This document shows positions 40,450 through 53,264 of a stretch of DNA of 64,000 bases, piece after piece. The notes below the pieces were generated by a model. It made no database searches, had not been told where the DNA came from, and saw only the letters and a list, made by a program, of their open reading frames with translations. Within the stretch, counting starts at the first letter, position 1, and each line of letters opens with the position of its first letter. Source of the stretch: Oopsacas minuta (Eukaryota; Animalia; Porifera); contig JAKMXF010000344.1 of NCBI GenBank assembly GCA_024704765.1, positions 77,276-141,275 on the forward strand. The letters run 5' to 3'. Position numbers and translations under genes: made by a program.

Positions 40450-40952
40450 TATGGTATGATTTGTAAAGTTTATCCAAACTCTATTCTATTAACCGTATAC
40501 TCCCTAGAAAATGTTAATTATATACCTTCAATAAGGTGCGGGAATTGATTAAAACGAAGCTTGAAAATTTTCGTGTTCCTCTTCATTACCATAACTCTTC
40601 GTCCATAACCGGTTATACTAGATTAATTTTGAATATTGACTTGTCTTGAAGCATTTATTTTGGGCTTGATTAGGCCGTATTTTGCGGCATTGCTAGACTG
40701 CAATTTAGACTCCGGTCACGTCTGACCTTTTTCAAACAGTGACAGAGCTTCGCTCCTCACTTTTTCTGGAAAATACTTCCCAACTAAGTCAAACAGTACT
40801 CATACTTATATCCAAGTATACGAAAAAGTTTGGTTACATCATCAAAATTGTCCATTGAAATTGATACAATACATATTCAGAAACTAAAATAAATAGCAAT
40901 ATTATATTTTTGACTTGAAACTCTCAGTCGGGTACCAAAATTTGATGAATTA

Positions 40953-43237
40953 CAAAGCCCTGCGGAAAAAAAAATTTTATTTGCTGATTGTTATTGCAAA
41001 ACATTTTCTAATCCACATTTTAATACTGATTTTGAATAATTTTGTAAAATATACGTATCACGTCTAGTTTTTTTGCAAAATTATTTTTAAATATTGGTAT
41101 ATTTATTGATGAATGCATGATACCTCTACAAGTAAAATAGTGAAAATCTGCCATTTATAAATTTTTATTGATAATATAATCTTAGTTAATAAATAATTTG
41201 GATATATTAGTCTGAATCAGGAGTAAATTTCCGTTTTTTTGACATTCTAGCATGAATAACATCAGTACAATCTCTCTTGAGGCACCAGCAGTAATCAGCC
41301 ATCAAATGAATGTCCCACCTCCCCTGATATCGTGCTTCCATTGTTTCTATGTCTTGGTGGAATCGTTCACCTTGCTCCTCGGAAACAGCTCCAAGATTCT
41401 CTAGAAAATAGTCAATATGACTGTGAAGAAAGTGAACTTTTACACTCATATTGCAGCCGAGATTCTTGTAAGAATCAATCAACTCATTCACAAGTATTTT
41501 ATAATTAGGAGATTTCGTATTTCCCAAGAAGTTTTTCATGACATCTACAAATGCATTCCATGCACATTTTTCTTTGCATATCATAGAATTTGAAAAATTA
41601 TCATCTCGAACAAGTTGTCTTATCTGAGGACCGTCGAATATACCGGCTTTTCTTTTTTCATCACTTATGTAGTAAAATTTCTCGGTAATATATTTGAAAC
41701 AATTTCCTTCTTTATCTAATGCCCTTACAAACTGTTTCATCAATCCTAATTTTATATGAAGTGGTGGAAGCAAAATCTTGAGAGGATCCACTAGATGCTC
41801 GTGAATAATGTTCTTATCTCCAACATTAAGATTGGTTCTAGCTGGCCAGCTCTGTCTAGAATAGTGTTCGCTCTTTGCACGACTGTCCCATAAGCATAAA
41901 AAACAAAGGTATTTTGTATATCCTGATTGCTGTCCCAAAAGAATGCATATGATTATTGAATCACCCAATTGTGCTGGTTATAATTAATTTTATGAAGCAC
42001 AATTTTCATGTTATCATATCGTTCCTTTAAACTTAATGAATGTCCAATTGGTATGGAACTAAATTTGTTGCCATTATGAAGTAGAACACATTTCAAACTT
42101 TGTTTTGAACTATCAATAAAGAGTCTCCAATCATTAGGTACATACGGACATCCAAGAGCATTAACTAGCGGTGAAACATCATGACAAAACACAAATCCGT
42201 CTTCCATTATGAAATATTTCAAAAATTCGATCTCTCTGTTCCTATATGAGTATAATTTTGTTTCTGGGAGAAGCAAGTTTTTTTCTTTTAGCCTAGAACC
42301 TAACAACTCCGCAGATTCTTTAGGTAAATCTAAATCACGTACCAAATCATTTAATTCAGACTGATTAAATAACTGTGGAGAATTAGAACGAGATAATACA
42401 CACGGAATAAAATCCTCATCTTCTCTAATTAATGAATCTCTAGTTTCACAATCATCAATTTCCGAGATAACATCCAAATTAGTAAATTTTGGAACAGGTA
42501 CATCAATAGAATGGGGAACGAGTCGTATTGCTGAATGTAAATTTGGGTACTTGATCAATGACTTGGTTTTAGCATTGAATCCGGAAATATTCGCCATACA
42601 AAAGTAACAATCGCTAATGTGATTTTGTGGCTCTCTCCATATCATTGGAATTCCAAAACTTAAACTCTTTCTGATTCCTTTTGTCCATTGTCTCAAATTT
42701 TCTACACAAGATCGGCACACTGTATGTGGAGCCCATGTTTTGTCTTGATCACCTAATCTCATTCCAAAATATTCTAAATATGCTTTTTTAACAAATCCTG
42801 TTATTGCCGTAGTTTGTTTAGAAGTCATAAAACTCCCACAAATATAACAAAAGACGTCTGGATCATTACTGCACCTTCTCCGATAAGCCATATGATAATA
42901 AAATATCAAAATAGTAGACTATAGTACATTAAAGCTGTATATAACAAAAATAAAAATAAAAAAATTATGTAGAAAAGAATGGAGTTAAAGGGACTAATTA
43001 GAAAATGCAATAAAGCACGCATCTGTTTATTTCAAAAGACAAAAATTCACACATGTATCAAATATAATCATTTATTCTAGGGAAGTGTACTTAAAAAAAT
43101 CGACTTACATTAAAATGAGATTTGAGTAAAAACGAGACGTGATAGGGGAATTCTGATGACAGATTGAGAATCAGCATACTCAAGTTAGCTAAAAACAACC
43201 CATGGATAATAATCAGCAAATTTGACGCAGGGCAGTG
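40953..43237 (-). mobile_element. Chapaev3-type element (copy D), best preserved
   Basis: Ends caaagccctgcg and (rc) cactgccctgcg, TSD TTA/TTA. Two long ORFs cover the whole transposase. Confidence 0.88.
41207..42891 (-). pseudogene. Chapaev3-type transposase with one frameshifting deletion
   Basis: MAYRRRCSNDPDVFCYICG through SEEQGERFHQDI. The break is at 41950-41970, where copy C reads WNICGDLKII. Confidence 0.85.
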
Positions 43238-44170
43238 TTATATTCGAACTAGTTCGCTTCACTTGCTTTGTTGCTGCGACAGCTTAGTGCTCCAAGTTAG
43301 CTTAATTATCAAACAGCTTGTTTATATAGTGTTTTTGGTCGCTATACAACAGAATATACTCGGTACTACTTGCCTCGAATTACAATATAGTTAAAATTTG
43401 ATGATTTTATCATCCATGCTCCATCCACATTACATTCAACGGCCCTCTGTGATGACACTGAAGATACTATGTCACTTTTGGTTAGTAATCTCGGCACTTT
43501 CTCCATCGGGAATTAAGAAATTCTGAAATTTTTTGTGTAATCATGATGAAGTAATAATCCCCTGACGAGTTAGCTTTGGTCAGAACCATGAGGTCAGTGC
43601 ATTTGTCATATCGAGGGGTACCTGTGATTCAAAATTTCGAAATTATCATTTTACTGCAGAGCAGTGGTTAATAATGTGGTTTTTTGAGAATCCAAAAGGT
43701 GACAATGACGTCATAATTTCGTCAGCGGTTTGAATTTTCGTCCAAGACTCGAATATTTCCAGCTTGGTTCAAAATACCCCTGTATACCAAAAGTTTGCCC
43801 TGTATTCCTCCATTTTCTTCAATCAATTCTGGCCATACATCTTATATTTACTTTGAAACATATATGCAGTTTAATAGCTTTTTAATAGTATTGGGCAGGG
43901 GTGCTCACTTTTAAATCTGTGGGTCACTTTAATAATTAGGCTCCACCTTATGGGCCACAAATTATAGTTCGACTCTGCTTTAGTTTAATCAATTTTCAAG
44001 CTATACTATTTGACCTCATATGCATTAACAATGGATTTTACTTGTAAATACAGGTTATTGACTTAAATTATCATCTTTTAAATAGATTCGAATCATTTGA
44101 TATCTCTTTTGAACTCAGCTTGTTTTCTAGCAAGCGGATAATTCTACTAAACCTAGATTTGGGTATACTA

Positions 44171-45515
44171 CAGTCTGTTACATAGTTATTTAGAATGGAG
44201 ATGTTTTTGTTACAAAACCTCGGTACTTTGTCTTACTTTACTCAGGCTACTTGTGTTTCGCTGTCCATAATGGCTTAATGATATATTTTGCTAAAATTCC
44301 CTGAACCAAGTCATTATCTTATTTTTCCGGAAATTTTACTCTTGAATATTAATTATGACCTCATGTAAATATTCATTTTGACCTCCATTACTATTATTTA
44401 CCTTAATTATTCCCTACTTGACAATCAGCTCTGAAAATGACTCAATACGAGAAGAAGGAAATTGTGAAGACACTTCTACAATCCGGGAAGCTTTTGCCCA
44501 AGGAAATCTCTGTTAATTGTGGAATTTCCTTAGCTACAATTTACAATGTTAAACGCCAATTAGATGAAGGTGTACCGCTATCTCACCAAAAGGGCGCACG
44601 GAGACCCAACAACTTGCGATCTTCTATCAAATTGTCTATTCTTCATCGGGTACGATGTAAACCATACCTCTCTTTGCGAATATTAGCAAGTCGTACAGGT
44701 AATAAGGCTTCCTATCAGACTGTCAGGAGAGTGTTGAAGGACAAATCTTACAACAAACCTTACCCTGTTCAGATCCCTATGCTGAGTGAAAAAATCGTAT
44801 GTACAGGATAGAATGGGCAAAAAAGTACAAATACTCGAAGAAACAATGGGCCCAAACAATATTTCTTGACGAGATGTCAATCTGGCTCTCAGGGGAAAGA
44901 TTAAGGATGTGGACAAAATCCAACAGAAAAGGATCGCCCCAACAACGAAGCATGTCCCAAAGATACACGTGTGGGCTGCATTCTCATCTGTGGGTACATT
45001 TCCATTGTGCGTTTTCACTAACAATATGAACACAGTGGAATGTTTTTAGATATATTGGAAGGATATTTGATAACTCAGGCACTGGTATATTATGAAAGTC
45101 ACTGGCGATTGGTGATGGATAATGATCCAAAACCCACCTCGCAAAAGGTCCGCACCTGGTTGGCACAAAATGTACCAAATCAGATTCCATGGCCTTCACA
45201 AAGTCCAGATCTTAACACCATTAAAATGTATTCGCATGAGTGAAGCGAGAGATACTTAAGCTATGCCCAAGGACAATTCCAGAACTGAAACTCAATTTAG
45301 AAGCAGTCTGGAATTGTATTCAACCAGATTTTCTTAAAGCTTACTGGGAATCAATGCCCAGAAGATGTCAACTAGTAGTAGAGGGCAACGGATATCCTAT
45401 TAATTATTAAGATTTATTACTTCACTCTCAACTTGGGGTATATATGGCAATGTATACTGTAACTCTAATAATTTTCGACTTAAGTAACAATTCTAAATAA
45501 ATATGTAACAGACTG
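44171..45515 (+). mobile_element. Tc1 (DD34E) element, second copy of 21839-23182
   Basis: Same TIRs, and all six ORF translations are identical at an offset of 22333. TA on the left, TG on the right; flanks are unrelated to copy 1. Confidence 0.92.
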
Positions 45516-46357
45516 TGTGTTCTGTTCATAATAGGATAACATTGGAGTATATTCCACCTAGCGGGATACATCACTGTAATCTCGTTTTCTACTAGAACTC
45601 CCATTTCAATTTAGGTTCAGCCTCCTAAGTTATACTTGTGAAACTCTAATAATAGACAGATTTCGTGAAAGCAAACTATAGTTACCAAATACTGTATTCA
45701 TACTACTGACATTAATGCATATATAGAGTATCTATAATTATTTCTATAATATGCTTAGAATATAACAATTCTTGTTTGACAATTGAAGCACTTCAATCTA
45801 CTGTGCATATATGAATAATCAAAACAAGCGAATGGCCTCGCTGCCACCTTTTGGTCACTCTTGGTATAGGGTATATATTAAATACAGACAGTATCCTAGT
45901 GTCAATAACTTGGAAAACACATACGCAGCTCGGTATTATTCACCATTTTACAAAAATTCATTCTATCAATTAGCACAATTTCAATCACGATTATCAACGA
46001 TAAATTTTTAATAAATTCTAACACAATTAAAGTATTATTTTGGCAAATCTACAACAAAATTCAGCAAAAAATAGTTCATTTTAGCCCATTTATATGGAAA
46101 ATCGTCCTTACCTATTTTATTTATTTTTTCTTTCAAAAAACATGTCAGGGACTTCGTCTCGGCTTTATCTAGTAACTGAATACTGCAGGGAAATGTGTCA
46201 TTTTTATGAAGTCAAAATGGTGCTGGAATCTCGATTTGGTTGCGGGAATTGATTAGAACAAATTGTTAAACCTTTCGTATTCCTTTTCGTTACGAACGTA
46301 ACATTCTGCCATGATCGGTTTAAACGCAATTAGTCCATATTTATATATATATATATA

Positions 46358-47738
46358 CAGTCTGTTTCAAAAGTATTGGCAGTAAATTATAATAAAAAAA
46401 TATTTCAGAAATTGGAACAAATAGCAAAATAGATAATGATACTACGAAGTTCTATGGCTAAGATAAAACTGTAAACAAAAATTCAGTAATTAATCTTCTC
46501 CCCCCCCCGAATTTATGCACATATTTACACGGTTAGGCATAGATAATATAAAATTTTTCAGGAAATCGGGGTAAAAGTCTCCCATTCGTAAATTATATCT
46601 ACTTCTAAATCAGCCAAGTTATTGAGAGATCTCTTTGACAACCTCTGCTTTAGGACTCCCCAGATGTTCTCAATTGGATTTAAGTCGGAGAATAGGCTGG
46701 CCAATCCAATACTAGAATATTTTCACTATCTTTCCACTCTTTGCTGAGCTTAGATTTGTGAATTGGGGAATTGTCTTCCTGCAGAATCCATCCCTCAGGA
46801 TAGTAAACATCAGCTGTTCTGATTAAACACTCATTCAGAGTATCAATATACAATTTGGAGACAAAATTAGAAGTAAATATCTTCAATATTGTGGTTCCCA
46901 TGGAAGAAATCCCTCCCCAAACGTGTAATTTTGGTGTGTGCCGTTGAACCTTCAGAATAGGATTTTCTTTTGCTCTAGTCTACATGCCAACACTTCCCCG
47001 ATTTAACCAAATAGAACATTCGTCTGTGAAGAATACATTCTCTCAACAATAGTTCACATGATCTTTACACCATTCAACTCTGTTTTTAGCTATTAATGGG
47101 GTAATGAATGGTCCCATAACAGGTTGTTTAAAGTTAAATCCACAAGCACGAGTTGACCGGTAGACTGTTGAAGTTGACGGAGCATCGGTGTACTTGGAAG
47201 AGAGATTCGCGTGTACAGAACGTATAGAGATCTTAGAATGAGAATTTAACGATCGTATAATTGATTTTTTGTGTGAATATGTGATAGCCTTGGGACGCCC
47301 ACTAACACTTTTATGTGTTATGCTTTTGCCTTCACGAAGTATAGATTTTATACGAAAAATTGTCCTCAATGATATCCCTGTTTTAGCAGAGATTTCCTTC
47401 GCTGAAGTAATACCTGCATCAATAAATATTTTGATTTTCTTCCTCTGTTCTAATTGCGACATTTAGCTACAAATAGGACTAAAATATAATTTGTTTTATT
47501 AAATGAGATCAAATTGGCAGCTGTGGCGGTGGGAAATTTTTATGCCTCAAAATTCCCCGTTTCAAATATCTGAATCGAGGTAAACATCAAGAAAGTCCAT
47601 CATGATTAATGATAAATTTCATGATGACTATCTAAGTATGCAATATCGCAAAGATCAATAGATAATACTATCACACAATTGAATAGGCTTTAGGAAATAT
47701 GTAATATGAACTACTGCCAATACTTTTGAAACAGACTG
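46358..47738 (-). mobile_element. Tc1 (DD34E) element inserted in a (TA)n run
   Basis: TIR cagtctgtttcaaaagtattggcagta at both ends. Motifs FFTDECS and LQEDNSPIH...DWPAYSP(D)LNPIENIW give D34E after one frameshift. Confidence 0.9.
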
Positions 47739-50700
47739 TATATATATGCTTGTATGTTCGGAATTTATTGGGGAAACTGGAAGACCGACCAGGTAATTTT
47801 TCGTTTACAGGGCTATTTTGGCTTTGCTCGGAATTTTTAGTATTTCACGGTTGATAAATTGTTGTTTTCCAAATTTGTAATACATTTATATGGGGAAATG
47901 TACCGTTTCTGCCATACAAAAATCCCATATGTATCCCTCGCTCGACAACAACATGCCAAATTTCACAATTTCACACAAGCCTTTGTTTAATGAAGTAAGA
48001 AAGTCTGACTGAAGGAGTCATGCCTATGGATCCTATTGTATAATTACACATTTATCATGCCAACATCAAATTTTATCCGATATTTGACTTAATCAACATG
48101 ATCAACTAATCAGACCAACTGACTACCAACATGGAACTTCCTATGAGACAATAGTAATTTCTCGTAGTCTAACTTTAGCAGATTGAAAGATACAAGAATA
48201 CACTATTAGCCTAATTTATTGTACCCGTCCTGGCAGCCTACATACTTTTAATACAGTAGTCTGAGTGAATATCGAAATTGAAGCACTTGTGTAGACTTCT
48301 GGAAACCATGGGGGGGCTTATGTAAGAGGTCCATTGTTGATTGAGGACCTGGAACCTATGAATTACATTTTCTTGCTGACATTTGGAATATGCTTTAAAT
48401 TCTACTTATCATTATCCAATTTGTTTGTGGTTTATCCCTTGCATGCTGTCTGTCTATATGATAAGCTATACTTTTCACTCGAATATAATATTCCACTGCA
48501 CTTGTAGCTCAATTTTGAATTGATAAAGATTATCCTATTTGATATATTACAGAATCTTCAAAGTTGACTTTGGCTATGAGTTGAGACTCTTGAAGGTGAT
48601 TATCAACTTGGAAAATCCATGATTTGTCATAAATCTGGTGGGAAACCAAGTAGAACGGAAAATGGTCGTGAGCGAACTATCTGACAATAACTTTCTCGGA
48701 ACGTTTCATATGTCATATAACTAGTAGTTGTTACAACATATACCTATCCACAACATTTGGGTAGCTAGCTCAAGAATCAAACGATGCTGTATTTAATTTT
48801 AATAAAGAAAAATGTATATTCTCCACCACCACCAAGTTCCTACACAAGATCCAACAGATTTGCTTTGTGTCTTATGCCGTCAAGTTAAACTTATAAATTG
48901 TATAACACGATATAAAGGATTACTTTCGTATCTGTGAGGATGCAAGGGCTCTTAAGCCTAAGTAACTTTTTCCCCTGGAAATTATTCTATCCTTAAAATT
49001 CCTCGAGGTAGCTGAAAATAGACTGAATTTCCAAATGCATCACTAGAACCGGCATTATTCTGCACAATTCATATATTTTAGGGCGAACTTGTAAATTTTT
49101 TTAGTCAATATGTTCGAGAAATACCCAGTCTATGTGGACAGATTTATCAGCCAAAATACTATTTTACACACTAAGCAACGATACATAGTGATAGATGATT
49201 TTTGGGGCTATCTACTAAACCCATATCCGAATCTGTAGCTTAGAAACTGACCGAGTTATGACCGTTAATAAATGGCGTACAGAAAAATGTTTCCATTTTC
49301 AAACCATTATAACTCGCTCAGTTTTTAAGCTATAGGTTCAGTCGAAATCCTTGACGAATGTTTGCGCATAAAAATCTCTTTTTGGTAGATCAATGTCCGC
49401 ACATACTTAGGTCACTATATTCTTTTTACTCTTTTGACTTAATAATGTCCTAAGATGTATGAAAAAATACCAGATTATGCCAATTTACTGATGCACGTAG
49501 AGAGTTTATTTTTTGCTGATGCTTGAGCAATAACATTTTTTAGAATAATTTCCTATAGAAAACTATATGCAGCCTTAAAGTGATCGAGGTAACTCAACCT
49601 TTGCATGATGATGTGTATACGCGAGTTTCCCATATTACTTCCCTAGAAATAGTAATGAAACTTGTTTCTTTTATCACAATATTTGTATGAAAGTTTATTT
49701 CGCAATTGTGAGCTGACTAGACTGGATGATAATGTATATATCCAATAATGGTGAATATCAACCGGTACTTTTTAATGGTATACTATCTCTCTTGACTTGT
49801 TGCTTATAGGGACACTGTTTTCTGACACAGCGCCAAGGGATTTCATGCTAAGCCTTTTGAAAATTTCTGAAGATTTGAGCTCTAAACTTCTAGCAAGAGA
49901 TCTATTACAGATGCTAATTTCACTTTACGTTGATATAATTCATGGCAAAAGGCCGGTTCAGCTTCATTACTACTACAATTGCTATCGAAATCTCGTCTTA
50001 ATGTAGCTGAACTGTTTTACTGAGCTGACTATGCTATTGTATAGTCCCCAGTTCTGTGGCGGTTATCTTTTATTTTTATATGTGTACACTCCCCTGGCCA
50101 CAGCATTTGCGTTTCAGAGCAGAAAGTTATACTCAAAGTCACAAATAATATCTAAGTGTAGATTTAGTTAATAATTTCGTACCACACATTACGGCGCAAT
50201 TATCATACTTTTGACCACTTATACCACCAGCAAAATTTATCCATACTGTCCTGACCAAAATACATTCTTGAGATTCTCAAAGAAATTGTTCAAACAATAG
50301 CTCTTCAAAAATTTCGCAATCACTCTGTGTTTTCCCACAAATTAAAGAAATCCAACCATAATGTACATCTAAAATTGGCCTGAATAAGTAATATGCTGTG
50401 TTGCATATAGCACTATGTCATCGAGAATAATTTTATTGTTTATAACTGTTAAATTTTATTAGTTTAACAATATGTATTCAGTGCCGTATATATGAATTCA
50501 TTGAATATCTAAGTTTAACAATTGCTATAATAATTTAGGTATAATTATTTAGATATAATTATGACTAATTATATTTCAAATTATCAATGGATATTTTCAA
50601 AGATATATATTTTCACGATTACCACCTTTGAATAATCGTAGAAGATTGTTCTAAACAGCAAAAGGGGGAAATTCAAAAGCTTATAATTACTGTAAACATA

Positions 50701-51779
50701 TTGAAGATTGTATGTGCTGGATTATAGTAGTAAATTTTAAATATATTGTTTGATGGATTTTATATCCATGCCGAGCTAAGAAGAACTTACAACCTGTGCC
50801 AACAGTATAGTATATTAATTGAATTTGTTTAAAATTGGTACCGTTAATTGGAGGAATTATGAAAGGTTATGTATAATCTCAATACACAGTGCCTCCAATT
50901 AATAGTGCCAATTTTTTAAACTAATTTAATTAATAGACTAAGCTGTCGGCACAGTTGTAATTTTTGTACACAATTTCTCCTGCAGAGATGGTTCTCATAA
51001 TACAAATAAAAATGCAATGAGAGAAGCAGAATCCTCTTGATATTACTCATGCAGGAAATTGTTTTTTTTTTTCTTATCAACAGATTTTGTGAGGCTGCTT
51101 CATGGCAGAAAACAACAATGCCAGATATGCTGTTAACATTTTTCTCAGGGCTTTATAACATTTCCAATTCAAGGATATTCAAGATCACTACTTTGCGCAT
51201 TGAAAGTTGTATGAAGGTAACAAGTGGAATCATACCTTGGTGATAACAACATATTACCAGAAATAGAATAATATAGTTGTCTATTGTGAATACATACTCA
51301 CAACTGCATTGCTAAATTCGAGTAACGAATTACAATCTTTTTCATGGGAGGAGAAAGACTCAGCTGTAAGTGATGCTTGGGCAGACCGAATTTGGAAAAG
51401 AACGTAGTCGAGAGCTCCTTACCACTCTAAATCGTATCGATGTTGCAACTAGTAACACAGCCGACGTAACTATAGCCTATTCACGGTATTAAACCATGGA
51501 TTACTTCAAGTCATAAATCCATAATATCAACAAGAGTGATACAAGATGAAATGACATTAATTATAGTCTAAATTGAATGTTATCAACTAGAGGTGGATAC
51601 TGATGATGATTATTTATCACTAAAACTACTACAACTATAAACAAACTATAGGTGAAAATTATGTTTACAATACAAATATGTACTAAAAAATACAAGCACT
51701 ATTCAGCCTGTAACTTTGGTAATTTCCCCATTAATTGTCTGCGCCATTATTCCAAGTTCCTTTTCGACTTTAGATTGTG

Positions 51780-53264
51780 AACTTTATTCTTCAATAAATA
51801 ATTACTGTTGGCAGATAGTATTTTGCTGAGATAACAATGCAATGGTGTTTGACAACTATGGTACTCAAATGCCCAGAAATAAAAATCTGAAATTCTATCC
51901 CCGAAATTGAGAGCTGAATAAGAATGGTTCCACTAGTACCAGCAAGAAATGGACTAATCAGTCGATTATCCTGTTCGATTCTATATAAGATTTTACACAT
52001 AGTTATTACTGCATTGACAACTTCATCTAAGGATATTTAAGCCCTCCTCGGTCAGCTAAGTGTATCAGATTCAAGTCAGAACCATCAATCTCGACAGCAA
52101 AGGTTTCATTGTATGTGAGCAATGATACACAACTGTTGCATAATGAAGTGGCGTGATTGGAAGTAGCTTTCTTTGAGTACAATTTTGATTTACAAATACT
52201 GTATATAGCTTATCCAGCAATGAAAACCAAGGACTGGCGAACTTTTGTCATCGGTGAAAAATCAAATTTCTGATGGAGAAGAGAAGAGTATATGCTCTGG
52301 TCTGTTTGGAGTGTTTTACTATTATCAGGTTCATTGTTACATGAGAAATTCTTAATAATTCCTTTACCGAGTCTCAAATTTGTTGTCTTAAACTCTGTAT
52401 GACTTTAAGAAGTTAGATACTTTAATTCTACGTTCACTCTCAAGTATTTGGTAGACCGAAATGCTGTACAGTCAGACATTAATCTGTAAACCCCAAAGTG
52501 TTTCAAGAGAATCGTTTTGTAGAAATCCTGTCAAAGCGTAAGAAAATCCACTATCACTGCTTGTTAAGTGCTTAATGATTCTTGGTAAAACTTTTGACTT
52601 AATTGATATATTTTACGAATATCAGAAAGGCGAATGATTATTGTTAGAACTTCAACTTCATTACAAAACAACTCACATGTAAAGCATCATCATTTCAGAT
52701 CTGGTTAGATATAGTCATTAGAGGTCCAGATAGTAACTTCTTGAAAATATCCAATGTACCATGACTTGAGCGAATATAAGTCCATTTTTCAGTTAAGTTA
52801 ATTGTCGTATACTTTCGATGGATGTTATCAATATTAGAAACAGAAAAGCTATCGCTTCTTTTTTTATGTTCAGCACGACTCAACTCAAGAGCATGACGAA
52901 AATCTCGGATACCAATTTCATTTCGGTACAGATGATCAGGTTGTTTAGAAGATCCTTGTAAATTTGAACTGCAGTTAGATAGATTGACGGGCTTGGCATT
53001 TTTCTTAAGACCAGGCTTTCTTGAAACCTTTTCTACTGTACCATTACCCATAAGGATATCGAAGTGAAGTAGCACGTCATCGTCATTGAAATGTTTCGAA
53101 CATATGAAGACTTTTGTCAATCCCCATGCATTATCTCTATGAAGAAATCTTCGCCATTCATCTTGTAATTCTTTTGACCAATGATTCGCCATTTCAAACA
53201 CTGGAGTATAATTAGTTCCATCATAATTGGAGGAGCGGTTAGCCACACTATACCTATTGTACAT
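51780..53264 (-). mobile_element. THAP-domain P-element/THAP9-like transposase remnant, internally deleted
   Basis: THAP-like N-terminus (WRRFLHR...FICSKHF), then directly FSYALTGFLQNDSLE.HFG at ~52490-52540 and YP.DEVVNAV at ~52000-52035. The middle of the protein is missing here and ends were not found. Confidence 0.65.

Noticed and set aside
49237-49331. Imperfect 24-bp palindrome (gcttagaaactgaccgagttatga)
   Set aside because: Typical internal symmetry of a MITE. No termini or TSD could be defined.
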